The notes under the pieces were generated by a model, which saw only the letters and a list, made by a program, of their open reading frames with translations, was not told the DNA's origin and ran no database searches. A stretch of DNA of 64,000 bases from an uncultured delta proteobacterium. Its GTDB lineage: Bacteria; Myxococcota_A; Polyangia; Fen-1088. Shown one piece after another: positions 18,788 to 29,500 of the stretch (its first letter is position 1; each line of letters starts with the position of its first letter). Made by a program: the position numbers and the translations under genes. The DNA is taken from NCBI GenBank assembly GCA_963767925.1, contig CAVYGB010000008.1:96001-160000 (forward strand), written 5' to 3'.

Positions 18788-21700
18788 TGTTCGCCGAGTT
18801 CTTCCTGCGGCGTCCGGTGCTGGCGGGGGTCATCTCGATCGTCATCACCCTCATCGGCGTCATCAGCATCCCGGGCCTGCCCATCGCCCAGTACCCCGAC
18901 CTGGCCCTACCCACGGTCAGCGTGAGCGCCAGCTACATCGGCGCCTCCGCCGAGGTGGTCGAGAGCGCGGTGACCACCCCGCTCGAGCAGCAGCTCAACG
19001 GCGTCGAGGGGATGCGGGACATCTCCTCGAGCAGCACCAACGACGGGCGGTCGATCATCAGCCTCACCTTCGAGCCCGACCGCGAACCTCGACGTGGCCG
19101 CGGTCGACGTGCAGAACCGGGTCAGCGCCGCCGCCCCCCGGCTGCCCGCCGAGGTGAACCAGGCCGGCATCACCATCAACAAGGCGCAGATCCAGATCCT
19201 GATGTCGCTCGGGCTTTTACACCGACGACGACCGCTACAGCCCCGACTTCCTCTCCAACTACCTCAGCGTCTACGTTGTCGACGCCCTCAAGCGGGTCAA
19301 GGGGGTGGGCGACATCCGCATCTTCGGCGAGCGCCGGTTCGCCATGCGCGTCTGGCTGGATCCCGCCGCCCTGGCCGGGCGCGGGCTGATGCCTCAGGAC
19401 GTGGTGCAGGCCCTGCGCGAGCAGAACGTGCAGGTGGCGGCCGGCCAGGTGGGCCAGCCGCCCGTGCGCGCGGACCAGGCCTACCAGGTCGGCGGTGCGG
19501 GCCTACAGCCGCCTGTCCGAGGCGGACGAGTTCGCCAAGATCGTCGTCCAGCGCAGCGCCGACGGGTCGCTGGTGCGCCTGGCCGACGTGGGCCGGGTCG
19601 AGCTGGGGGCCGAGAACTACCAGCAGCTGCTGCGCTTCAACGAGCACCCCGGGGTGGGCCTCGGCATCCTGCAGCTGCCCGACCGCCAACGCCCTCGACG
19701 TGCGCGACGGCGTGATGGCCGAGCTGACCCGGCTGAGCCGCGACTTCCCCCCCGGCCTGAAGTTCCAGGCCGGTCAGCGACAACACGCGGGCCATCGAGG
19801 CCTCGGTCAACGAGGTGCTCACCACCCTGTTCGAGGCCATCGCCCTCGTCGTGCTGGTGATCTTCCTGTTCCTGCACGGCGGGCGCAGCCTGGTGATCGT
19901 CGCCGTGACCCTGCCGGTGTCGCTGGTGGGGACCTTCGCCTTCGTGGCCGCCTTCGGGTTCTCGATCAACACCCTCACCCTGTTCGGGCTGACCCTCGCC
20001 ACCGGCCTCGTGGTCGACGACGCCATCGTCGTGATCGAGAACATCGAGCGGCTGATCCAGACCGAGCGGCTCTCCCCCTTCGAGGCGGCCAAGCGCAGCA
20101 TGGCGGAGGTCACGGGCGCGGTGGTCGCCATCTCGATGGTGCTGGTGGCGGTGTTCGTCCCGGTGAGCTTCTTTCCCGGGACCACCGGCGGCATCTACCG
20201 GCAGTTCTCGCTCACCATCGCGTTTTCGATCCTGATCTCCACGGTCTGCGCCATCACCCTCACCCCCGCCCTGTGCGCCCTGCTGCTGAAGCCGCAGCAC
20301 GAGAAGGCCCGGGTGTTCCGCTGGATCGATCGCAACCTGGACCGGGTGCGCGACGGGTACGGCCGGGGGCTCACCTTCCTCACCCGCCACATGTGGCCCG
20401 TGCTGGGGGTCTTCCTGCTGTTCATCGTGGCCACCGTGCTCCTGTTCCGGGCGGTGCCCACCGGCTTCATCCCCGACGAGGACCAGGGCTACTTGATCGT
20501 CAGCGTGCAGGGCCCCGAGGGGACCTCGTTGCCTTACACCGACAAGGTGCTGCGCAAGATCGCCCCCATCTTGCGCCAGCAGCCCGAGGTCACCGCGATG
20601 TTCGTGGTGGGCGGCTTCTCCTTCGCCGGCAACGGCCCCAACTTCGCGACGGTGTTCGTCAACCTCAAGCCCTGGGACGAACGCCCCGACCCCTCGCAGT
20701 CGGTGGGCGGGCTGGTGCAGCGGCTGCGCGGGCCCCTTCGCCGCCATCGGCGAGGCCCGGGTCCTGCCGCTGCAGCCGCCCGCCATCCGCGGCGTGGGCA
20801 ACGTGGGCGGCTTCCAGTTCATGGTCCAGGACCGCTCGGGCACCGCGACGCTCGACGAGGTGTCGAAGGTCACCCAGGACCTCATCGCCAAGGCCAACGC
20901 CTCCCCCGTGCTGACGAGCGTGTTCTCGTCGTTCGCCGCCAACACCCCCCAGCTCAACGTGCAGGTCGACCTGGCCCGGGCCAAGAGCCTGGACGTCCCG
21001 CTCGACCAGCTCTACGGCGTCTTGCAGGTCTTCCTCGGCAGCCAGTACGTCAACGACTTCGACTTCGCCAACCGCAACTACCGGGTCTACGTCCAGGCCG
21101 ACGCGAGCTTCCGCGACGCCCCCGAGGACATCGGCGCCTTCTACGTGCGCACCACCGGCGGGGCCATGTTGCCGCTCGATGGTCTGGCCAAGGTGACGCC
21201 CGGCACCACCGCCCAGGTGATCCGGCACTACAACCTCTACCGATCCACCGAGGTGAACGGCCAGCCCGAACCCGGCCGCAGCTCGGGTGAGGCCCTCGAC
21301 GCCATGGAGCAGATCGCCCGCGACACTCTCCCCGGCACCTTCGGCTCGTCCTGGACCGGCATCTCCGACGAGCAACGCCGCAGCGGCCGCCAGACCGCGA
21401 TCATCTTCGCCCTCGCGGTGGCCTTCGTGTTCCTGCTGCTGGCCGCCCTCTACGAGAGCTTCTACCTGCCGCTGGTGATCCTGCTGTCGGTGCCGCTGGC
21501 CGTGCTGGGGGGCCTGGGCCTGCAGGCCCTGCGCGGCCTCCCCAACGACGTCTTCTGTCAGATCGGGATCGTCATGCTGGTCGGCCTGGCGAGCAAGAAC
21601 GCCATCCTGATCATCGAGTTCGCCGAGCAGCTCCGGCAACAGGGCCGCGAGGTCACCGAAGCCGCCATCGAGGCCGCTCGCCTCCGTCTCCGCCCGATCT

Positions 21701-21936
21701 TGATGACCTCGATCGCCTTCCTCCTCGGCGTCGTCCCCCTGATGCTGTCGTCCGGCGCGGGCGCCGGCGCCCGCAAGTCCCTCGGCACGACGGTCTTCGG
21801 CGGCATGCTGGTCTCGACCGTCATCAACCTGGGCTTCCTCCCCATTGTCTACATCGCCTTCGCCCGCGCCCGCACCCGCGTCACCAGCCACCGCCCCCAC
21901 CCCCACCCCATCCCCCACTCTGCCCCCACCGCCTGA
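18787..21936 (+). CDS. AcrB/HAE1-family RND permease with six +1 frameshifts (sequencing errors or pseudogene)
   Basis: FFLRRPV, LPIAQYPD, AMRVWLDP, GLVVDDAIVVIEN, GLASKNAILIIEFA, RLRPILMTS. One extra base each at about 19084, 19216, 19491, 19681, 19772 and 20735. Confidence 0.92.
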
Positions 21937-22035
21937 GCACGGGGCTACCCCCCCGCCGCGCACGCTGTCGGGTGCAGGGCACGGAGGAGGTGCACGTCAG
22001 ATGGATTCCGTGCACGTCTTTCGAGCACGTGCACG

Positions 22036-22164
22036 CGCTTCACCTCTCCCCGCGGTCTGTCGCAGGGAGAGGTGAAGCGTCTGCGCGACGGGTGGGGGGC
22101 CTCCGGCGTGGCAACCGCCCCTCACCTGGCGCCCTCTCCTCACGGCGGACCGCGGGGAGAGGGC
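22036..22164. repeat. Inverted pair of REP-like palindromes between convergent genes
   Basis: Hairpin CGCTTCACCTCTCCC...GGGAGAGGTGAAGCG (22036-22079) and GCCCTCTCC...GGAGAGGGC (22131-22164). CTCTCCCCGCGGTC and its exact reverse complement are both present. Confidence 0.7.
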
Positions 22165-22228
22165 AAACAGGGGGCGGGTCTCCCGGCTCGGCGGTGTTGG
22201 GCGCAGGCCGCTCGCGGGACTGGCTCAC

Positions 22229-23344
22229 TCAGGGCGCGACGCAGAGCCGCACGCCGAGGACGGCCACGCAGAGGCCGAGGAGGCATTCGCGGTTGTTGGC
22301 GCAGGCCTCACCGTTGCGTCGCTTCGGGCGGCACATGCCACCGTCGCAATACGTGCCCTGCCGGCACTGGTTGTCGTTCTGACAACCAGACGGTGGTGGC
22401 GGAGGTGGTGGTGGCGGAGGTGGCGGAGGTGGCGCTGGCGGAGGAGGCGGAGGCGGAGGAGGTGGCGGAGGAGGCGGAGGTGGGGGAGGTGGGGGAGGTG
22501 GAGGAGGTGGAGGAGGTGGAGGAGGTGGAGGAGGCGGGGGAGGTGGAGGAGGCGGAGGAGGCGGAGGAGGCGGAGGAGGCGGCGGAGGCGGAGGCGGAGG
22601 CGGAGGCGGAGGCGGAGGAGGCGGAGGCGGTGGCGGCGGAGGAGGAGGCGGATTGGGCGCGGGTGGCGGTGGCGGTGGCGGCGGGGGGGAAGGCGCCGGC
22701 GGGGGCGGGGAGCCGCTGTCGCGGGGCGCGTCGGGGGGGCGCGGGCCTTCGGGGCGGGAGGCGTCGGTGCCGCGGGTGTCGCGGGGACCGTCGCCGGGAG
22801 CGGCGTCCGGGGGAGGGCCTGCATCGGCGACGGCGGGGGCGCCGCCGATGCGGACGCATTTGCCGGACGGATCGCAGGTGTAGTCGGCGGGGCAGGCGCT
22901 GCCGCACTCGGCGCCCAGCACGAGGCGCACGCGCTGCACCTCCCCCTGGCGAAAGGTGACGGTGGCCTGGGCCGGCCTGGGAGCCGTCCGGGCCGGGTCC
23001 CACGGCCGGCCGGTGGCGACGAGCTGCACCGTCGGGGCCTGGTCCGAGTCAGCCGGGCGGAGGCCCATGCGGGCCAGCGCCTTCTCGCCGGGCTCGTCGC
23101 CCCGCATGGAGAAGGTCTCCTCGATGGGCGCGCCCGCCTTCCCGTTCGTCACCTGGATGCGGATCTCCCGCAGCAACGGCCGCACCGCCGAGGTGGCATC
23201 CACTTCGACGATGATCCCGGTGTCGTCGCCCGAGCAACCCGCGGCGAGAGCCAGCGTCGCCAGCGTCAGGAGCCCGCGCAGCGCGAGCCCGAAACCGGAG
23301 TCGGCGGCACGGCGCGGGCTGGGGGATCGGGGAGGCATCATCAT
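22229..23344 (-). CDS. Lipoprotein with very long polyproline tract and Cys-rich C-terminal domain
   Basis: Lipobox LAAGC; ATGA overlap with the TPR gene; small Cys module; Pro tract; C-terminal CQNDNQCRQGTYCDGGMC...C..NRECLLGLC. Confidence 0.85.
   Translation of the reverse strand: MMMPPRSPSPRRAADSGFGLALRGLLTLATLALAAGCSGDDTGIIVEVDATSAVRPLLREIRIQVTNGKAGAPIEETFSMRGDEPGEKALARMGLRPADSDQAPTVQLVATGRPWDPARTAPRPAQATVTFRQGEVQRVRLVLGAECGSACPADYTCDPSGKCVRIGGAPAVADAGPPPDAAPGDGPRDTRGTDASRPEGPRPPDAPRDSGSPPPPAPSPPPPPPPPPAPNPPPPPPPPPPPPPPPPPPPPPPPPPPPPPPPPPPPPPPPPPPPPPPPPPPPPPPPPPPPPPPPPPPPPPPPPAPPPPPPPPPPPPPPSGCQNDNQCRQGTYCDGGMCRPKRRNGEACANNRECLLGLCVAVLGVRLCVAP
22391..22651 (-). repeat. Polyproline-coding (CCN)n tract: about 72 Pro, one Ala, then 14 Pro
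   Basis: Appears as (NGG)n on the + strand with mixed CCT/CCG/CCA/CCC codons; 22436-22651 is 216 nt. Confidence 0.9.
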
Positions 23345-24060
23345 TCCACCGTCCGGGTCGGGAGGTTGCACTCGGGAGGGCCACAGGTCCAGTTGTCGGT
23401 CGGGCGCAGGAGGAAGATGGCGGCCACCGTGGCCAGGCTGGCCGCGCCCACCACGCTCCAGAACCAGGGGCGGTGGTAGATCGGGGGATCGGCGCTGTCG
23501 CGGGCGTACGCGTCCGGCGCAATCGATCCGCCGAGCGGCAGCGCCGCGCTGTCCCGCTCCGGCACCGCCACCGCGAGCTGCGCTCCTGCGCCTTCACCCG
23601 GGTTCACCACCAGGCCCGAGGGCACCGTCCGGGCCGCGCCCGGCGCCGGCAGCTTCGCGCTCGGGTCGGCGCTCGCCCCGGCGGCCGCGGCGGCGGGGCC
23701 CTCCAGCTCGCGGATGCGCGCCTTGACCGCCTCGCGGTCCTCCGCGCCGGGGGCCGCGTCCAGGTACTTCTGATAAAACGCGATCGCCTCGGTCGGGTGC
23801 TCCAGCTTCCGGTGCGCCTGGGCGATGTTGTAGAGCAGGATCGGCGCCGGATCGAGCCGGTAGGCTCGCTCGAACGACTCGAGCGCCCGGTCGAAGTGGC
23901 CCAGCCCGAAGGCCGTCGCCCCGAGCTCGTAGTGCGCCTTGGCCTCCGTGGCCCGATCGACCTGCCGCTGCGCCAGCGCGGGCGCCACCCCCGATCCCGC
24001 TCCCGCCAGGAGCGCCGTCATCACCACCGTCGAGACCGCGCCTCGCTTCGCTGCCATCAA
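23341..24060 (-). CDS. Secreted TPR protein with C-terminal hydrophobic segment
   Basis: AKAHYELG..., FERAYRLDPAPILLYNIAQAHR, PIYHRPWFWSVVG tail. Confidence 0.88.
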   Translation of the reverse strand: MMAAKRGAVSTVVMTALLAGAGSGVAPALAQRQVDRATEAKAHYELGATAFGLGHFDRALESFERAYRLDPAPILLYNIAQAHRKLEHPTEAIAFYQKYLDAAPGAEDREAVKARIRELEGPAAAAAGASADPSAKLPAPGAARTVPSGLVVNPGEGAGAQLAVAVPERDSAALPLGGSIAPDAYARDSADPPIYHRPWFWSVVGAASLATVAAIFLLRPTDNWTCGPPECNLPTRTVE

Positions 24061-25757
24061 TCACCCACTTTCCGATAGCTGTTGGCCGGCAAGCTGATCG
24101 CGGGCGGGCTGATCCCCGGCCGACCGCGGTCACTGGCCCCCCGGGCGGCCGGACGGCCTTTAGCCGCCGGAGGCCCGCCTGCGACGGCCCGGCCGGCGGC
24201 CGGACCCGCCGGGCTCCGTGCGTCGGCGCGCGCGCCCGCACGCGGCCGGGCCGCCTCCCGCCGGGTGCGCTCCCGCTCGCCCTCCTCCCATTCGCGGACC
24301 GCCCGTGCGCGCACCGCCCGCACCTCGCGCTCCGCCTGCAGCATCTGCTCGCGGGCTGCGCGCTGCCGCTCGGCTTGCTCCCGCACGGCCTGCTCGGGCT
24401 GTCGCTCGGCCCGCCCGACGGGCGCCCGCTCCGCCTCCCGCCATTCCTGCTGGGCCCGATCCCGCGCGCGGTCCACCACCGTGCCGCTCTCGCGTCCCGC
24501 CGTTCCGGCGGTCCCCTGGGCGTTGCCCGTCGTCTTTGGATCCACGCCCCGCGGGGCCACCGCGGCCGCGGCCGCCGCCGCCTCGCGCGCAGGGGGGCGA
24601 CGGGCGACGAGCAGGACGCCCCCCACCAGCGCCATCGTGCCGAGCGCGCCGAGGATCGCGAAGTAGGTGTACCGCCGCCGGGGATCCCCCCGGCCCTGCC
24701 AGGCGTCGGTCGAGAAGGGAAAGGCCGCCGCCGCGCCGGGGCCGTCCGTCGTCCAGCGGCGCGGCGTCGCGGAGCGGGGCGGGAGCGGGTCGATGGTCAC
24801 CGTCTCGTGAGCCACCACCGCGCAGCCGGTGGGTTGCTTCAGCATCTCGCTGAACCGCCCGCGATCCGTCCCCAGCAGCGCCTCGATGTCCCGCAGCAGC
24901 ACCTCGACCCCCTGGGGCCGGTCCTCCGGGTCCTTGGCCAGCATGCGCGCGATGAGCGGATCCAGCGCCGCCGGCAGCTCGGGCTCCAGCGTCGTCACCT
25001 TCGGCGCCGCGTCCTCGAGGTGGGCCCGGCGCATCCCGACGTCGTCGGTCTCTACGAAGGGCGGGCGCCCGCACAACATCTCGAAGAACAGGCACCCCAG
25101 GGCGTAGACGTCGGTCCGCTGGTCGATGCGGCTGCCCGGCTGCCACTGCTCGGGCGCCATGTAGGTGGGCGTTCCCACCACGCAGCCGACCCGGGTCCGG
25201 GTCAGCGGCTCCTCCCGCAGCAGCTTGGCGATCCCGAAGTCGAGGATCTTCAGGGAGAAGGTGCGCGGATCCGCCACGTCGGGGATCAGCAGGACGTTCT
25301 CCGGCTTCAGATCCCTATGCACCACCCCGTGCTCGTGGGCGAACAGCAGGGCCTCGGCGATGACGCCCACCATGGCCGCGGCCAGCCGGGAATGTCCCGG
25401 CACCTTGCCCACCCGGTCGAGCCAGGCCCGCATGGCCTCGCCGCGCAGGTACTCCATGGCGATGAAGGCCGTGCCATCCCCGAGGACGTCGCAGTCGAAG
25501 ACCTCGACGATCGAGGGATGCCGCAGACGCGCCATCGCGCGGGCCTCGGTCATCAGGCGACCCACGACGTGGGGCTCGGACAGCTCGGGCAACAACACCT
25601 TGAGCGCCCGGAGCTGGCCCAGGCGGCGGTGCTCCGCCTTGTACACCTGGGCGGTGCCGCCCCGGCCCAGCGCGCCCAGCACGCGATAGGGACCCAGATC
25701 CAGCGTGCCCGAGTGAATTTGCTTCGGCGTGGGTGCGGATGTGGCCACCGCGTTCAC
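24057..25757 (-). CDS. Membrane Ser/Thr protein kinase
   Basis: LGRGGTAQVY, ALKVL, HRDLKPEN, DFG, GTPTYMAPE, DVYALG; TM segment followed by a charged coiled-coil. Confidence 0.95.
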   Translation of the reverse strand: MNAVATSAPTPKQIHSGTLDLGPYRVLGALGRGGTAQVYKAEHRRLGQLRALKVLLPELSEPHVVGRLMTEARAMARLRHPSIVEVFDCDVLGDGTAFIAMEYLRGEAMRAWLDRVGKVPGHSRLAAAMVGVIAEALLFAHEHGVVHRDLKPENVLLIPDVADPRTFSLKILDFGIAKLLREEPLTRTRVGCVVGTPTYMAPEQWQPGSRIDQRTDVYALGCLFFEMLCGRPPFVETDDVGMRRAHLEDAAPKVTTLEPELPAALDPLIARMLAKDPEDRPQGVEVLLRDIEALLGTDRGRFSEMLKQPTGCAVVAHETVTIDPLPPRSATPRRWTTDGPGAAAAFPFSTDAWQGRGDPRRRYTYFAILGALGTMALVGGVLLVARRPPAREAAAAAAAVAPRGVDPKTTGNAQGTAGTAGRESGTVVDRARDRAQQEWREAERAPVGRAERQPEQAVREQAERQRAAREQMLQAEREVRAVRARAVREWEEGERERTRREAARPRAGARADARSPAGPAAGRAVAGGPPAAKGRPAARGASDRGRPGISPPAISLPANSYRKVGD

Positions 25758-26042
25758 TGCTCCGAACGAGAGTTTTCCAATGTGCCCCGCTGTCAGAACC
25801 AGGACAGCGGTCAGCCCTGTGCGTCCCGCCGCGCGAAATCGCGCCCGCGAAAAGCAATATAGAGGCTGCCTTCATCGTCCGGCCAACCACGACTCCCGAA
25901 AAGCCGCAGGCCCAGAGGTGATCCCTAGGTCTCGACCGCTCCACGCATGGGAGGCGCCCCCGGGATTCGGGAGCAGCCCTCGCCTGAGGGGGGGGCGATC
26001 GGGGCGCCGCCGTCAGGGGCGGGATCTTGGCAGCGCCGGCGA

Positions 26043-26408
26043 TCAGCGAATCGCGAACAGCCGGCTCGGTGCCGGGAGGGCCGATCGGTCGCGGGGACCG
26101 AACAGGTCGGCGATCTCCTCGAAGTCCGACTCCTGCAGGGCGATCTCCGGCTGGCTCAGCCCGGGGTCGAGGAGCATCATGCCGCCCTGGTACCCTGCCG
26201 GCCGGGCGTCCGCCAGCAGCTCCGACACGATCACCGTCGGGGGCTCCGACATCGCCAGGTGCAACCCGGTGAAGGGCAGCCCCTCCGGACTCGGCGTGAA
26301 GCTCGCCCGCAGCGGCTCCGGGCGCCGGTCGGGTATGTTCAGCTCACCTGCCACCTCGAAGAGGCGAAACAGGCAGCGACAGGGTCGGTCGTGGTTCGAG
26401 TGAGCCAT
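26043..26408 (-). CDS. Hypothetical protein
   Basis: 121 aa ORF with GAGG upstream and protein-like composition; fills a gap between same-strand genes. Confidence 0.55.
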   Translation of the reverse strand: MAHSNHDRPCRCLFRLFEVAGELNIPDRRPEPLRASFTPSPEGLPFTGLHLAMSEPPTVIVSELLADARPAGYQGGMMLLDPGLSQPEIALQESDFEEIADLFGPRDRSALPAPSRLFAIR

Positions 26409-26518
26409 GGGAGTGCCTCGGTGCGGACGCCGGGCGGGGTGGCCTGGCTCCCTTTACAACGTCGGCGGCCGGGAAAATTCCGCGCCCGCCCGCGCGCCGG
26501 TGATCGCCGTCGGGTCGC

Positions 26519-29500
26519 TCAGTTGGACCGCGCCGGCGGGGGCGCGAAGGGCTCCAGGGTCACGTTCACGGTGCGGGCCGGACCTCCGCCCGGCGTCTCG
26601 ACGACGAAGCTCACGCTGGCGCCGGGCCTTCCCGAGCCGAGGAAGCGGAGGGCCCCGTTGCCGAGCTCGCCCACGCCGGTGCCGTTGATGGCGGTGACGA
26701 GGTCGCCCTTCTTGAGCCCGGCCCGGGCGGCGGCGCTGTCGGGACGCAGGCTCCGCACCACCGGCCGGCCGCCCTCGACCGCGAGATCGGCGCCGCTCTC
26801 GCCCCGGTCGGCGCGGTCGACGCCGAGCCGCTGGCGCATGTCACCGGGCAGCAAGCGGACGGTGCCAGCGTCGACGATGGTCTGGCCCGGCTTGATCTCC
26901 ACCTCCTTGGACTCGGCGACGTAGCGGGTGAACTCGGCCTGGAACGAGAGGCGGAGGCTGTCGCCCACCGGCGCGCCCTCGAGGACGAAGCTGCCATCCG
27001 GCTTGACCTCGGCCTGGGGCCGGGCGGCCCCTCGGCCCATGGCGTACACCGTCGCCTCCGGGACCGGCTTGCCGCTGCCGTGTTCGATCACCCTCCCGGT
27101 CACCCGCAGGCCGGGCGCAAGCGGGATGCGCAGGCCGGTCCTCCGCTCACCCGCCGCCAGGGTCACCACCTGGCTCGCGCTCTCGCCCGCCGGCCCCGTC
27201 GCGTGCAGCTCGTGGGCACCAGGAGCCAGGCGCAGGATCTCGAAGGTGCCGGCCGGGCTCTGCACGCGCTGGGTCCGGGCGTCGAAGCCGGCGCTCTGCC
27301 GGCGCCGTCGGTCCTCGGGCGTCTCGTTCGCCCTGGGTCCCGGCAAGATGGCGATGGTGTAGTTCGCGATCGGCTTGCCATCGGGCCCGACGACGAGCCC
27401 GGCGACCGAGGTGTCGGGCGGAAACGTCACCTTCACACCGGTGGCCCCGCCCATGACCCCCTTCACCTCCGTGTCGGGGTGGTCGGGGTGGGAGGCCCAG
27501 ATCGTGTGCGGGACCTTGCCCACCTCCTCGAGGGTGAACTGCCCGTCGATCTGGCTGTAGGTGCGCAGATCCCGGGAGCTGCCCCGGAAGGCGCGTCCGT
27601 CCCGCTCGACCCCGGCGGTCAGCACCGCGCCGGCCACCGGCTTGCCGTCCGGCCCGACGACGGTCCCCGCGAGCGCCGTCCCCGGCGGCGCCACCACGAG
27701 GTCGATCCCGGTCTTGTCCTCTGCCTCCCCGAGGGCGAGCGTCTTCTGGTCCGCTCGCTCGGCCCTCGGCGACATGTCGAAGCCGCCCCGCGATGACCGC
27801 GACGCCGTCACGATCACCTGGCCAGCGGGCACGTTCTCGATCCGATAGCGCCCGTCGGGGCCGCTCACGTCCTGCTCGGAGGAGAGCGACATGGCCCCCG
27901 TCCGGATCCGCACCGTCACCCGCACGTCGGGCGCCGGCCGCCCGTCTTCGGTCCGCACCGTGCCGGAGAGCGCGCTACCCTTGCCGAGCTTCAGGCTCAG
28001 CACCTTGGGCTGCCCCGCCTTGATCTCCTCGGGCCCCACGCTGGCGGAGCCCTGCTGCTCGGCCTGGGCGGTCAGCCGCAGGCTCCCCGGCGAGATCCGC
28101 TTGAGCTCGAAGGTCCCGTCGGCCGCGGTGGTCGCCGAGTCGCCGGCGGAGAAGCTGCCGCCGCCCCCCTGGCGGCCCTCCAGCGTCGCCCGCACCCGGG
28201 CGCCCTCCACCGGCCGGCCCTCGGCGGTCACCACCTTGCCCGTCACCTTCACCACGCGGGTCAAGGTCACGTCGACGCTGGCCAGGTCGGCGGTCACCAC
28301 GTTGGCCCGGGCGCTCGAGAAGCCGAAGCCGTCCTCGCTGGCGTCGATCCGATAGGACCCGGGCAACAAGCCCTCCAGGGCGTAGCTGCCATCTGGGTTG
28401 CTCCTGGTGCGCGCCGCCTGTCCGAAGGGCGGGCTGTCCCGGTAGGCGCTCACGCGGATCGACCCCAGGCTCGCCCCGGCGTCGTCCTTGACCCGGCCGC
28501 TGACCACGTGGGCCCGGTCCACCTCCACCTCGACGTCGCCCACCGACTGCGCGACCGCCAGGGCCACCGTCTTGCCGGCCCCCACCAGGACACCTTTGCG
28601 GGCCATCACCTCGTAGTTGCCCGGCTCGAGGGCGGTGAGCTCGAAGCGGCCGTCGCCGTCGGTCCTGGTGTCGCGCGCCTCGCGGAAGTCCGTCCGCACG
28701 GCAGAGGTCAGCGAGACCTCGGCCTCGGCCAGCGGCTGCCGGCTGTCCCGCACCACCACCCGGCCGGAGAGCCGGGCGCCCGGCACCAGGCGCAGGTCCC
28801 TCGTGGTGGGGCGGACCAGGAGGAGGTCGGTGTCGAGCAGCGGCGCGTATCCCTCGGCTTCGACCCGCAGGGCGACCGGCCCCCGGGCCAGGGTCAGGCG
28901 GTACTGGCCCTCGGCCCCCGAGACCGCGCCGAACAGGGCCGCAGCCCGCCCCATGCCGCCCGATCGGCCCACCGCGGTGACCCGCGCGCCAGCGATCGCG
29001 CCGCCGCCGACGTCGAGCACGCGGCCGCTGAGCGCGAGGCCGACCCGGGCCAGCTTGATCTCGACGTGGGCCGTCTGCCGGGCCAACACCTCGATCGATC
29101 CCCGCTGCCCGGGCCCCATCCCCTCGCGCGCGGCGGTGGCGCTGTATTCACCCGGGACCAGCTTCTCGATGCGAAAGCGCCCGCCGCCCGCGGTTGTGGC
29201 GGTCCCCCGGGGCAGCCAGTGGCTCATGCTGGGCGCGTCTTCTCCCCGGGCCACCGCCCGGCCCAGGGTCACGGTGACCCCGTCGACCGGGGCGCCGTCC
29301 GCGTCGCGCACCAGCCCCTCGATGGCGCCCGAGGGGTCGGTCGCGGCCTCCTCCTCGCGCCAGCTCGTCCCCGTCCCCTTCACCAGCCGGTGCCCGTCGC
29401 CCCCCTCCTCGTCCGCGGGGCCGGCGTTCGGCCCGCTGCGTCCGCGGAGCTGCCAGATCCCCACCCCGCCCAGCCCGGCCAGCACCGCTATCATGATGAA

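Noticed and set aside
18787..21936. Programmed frameshifting in the RND permease
   Set aside because: Six successive shifts with no shared slippery motif would give negligible product.
22391..22690. Possible CRISPR or tandem DNA array
   Set aside because: It is a triplet coding repeat with no repeat-spacer structure, and there are no cas genes.
22072..23003. Glu/Ala-rich, Ser/Ala-rich and Arg/Leu/His-rich ORFs
   Set aside because: These are alternative-frame readings of the polyproline tract. Only the Pro frame has a lipobox and operon coupling.
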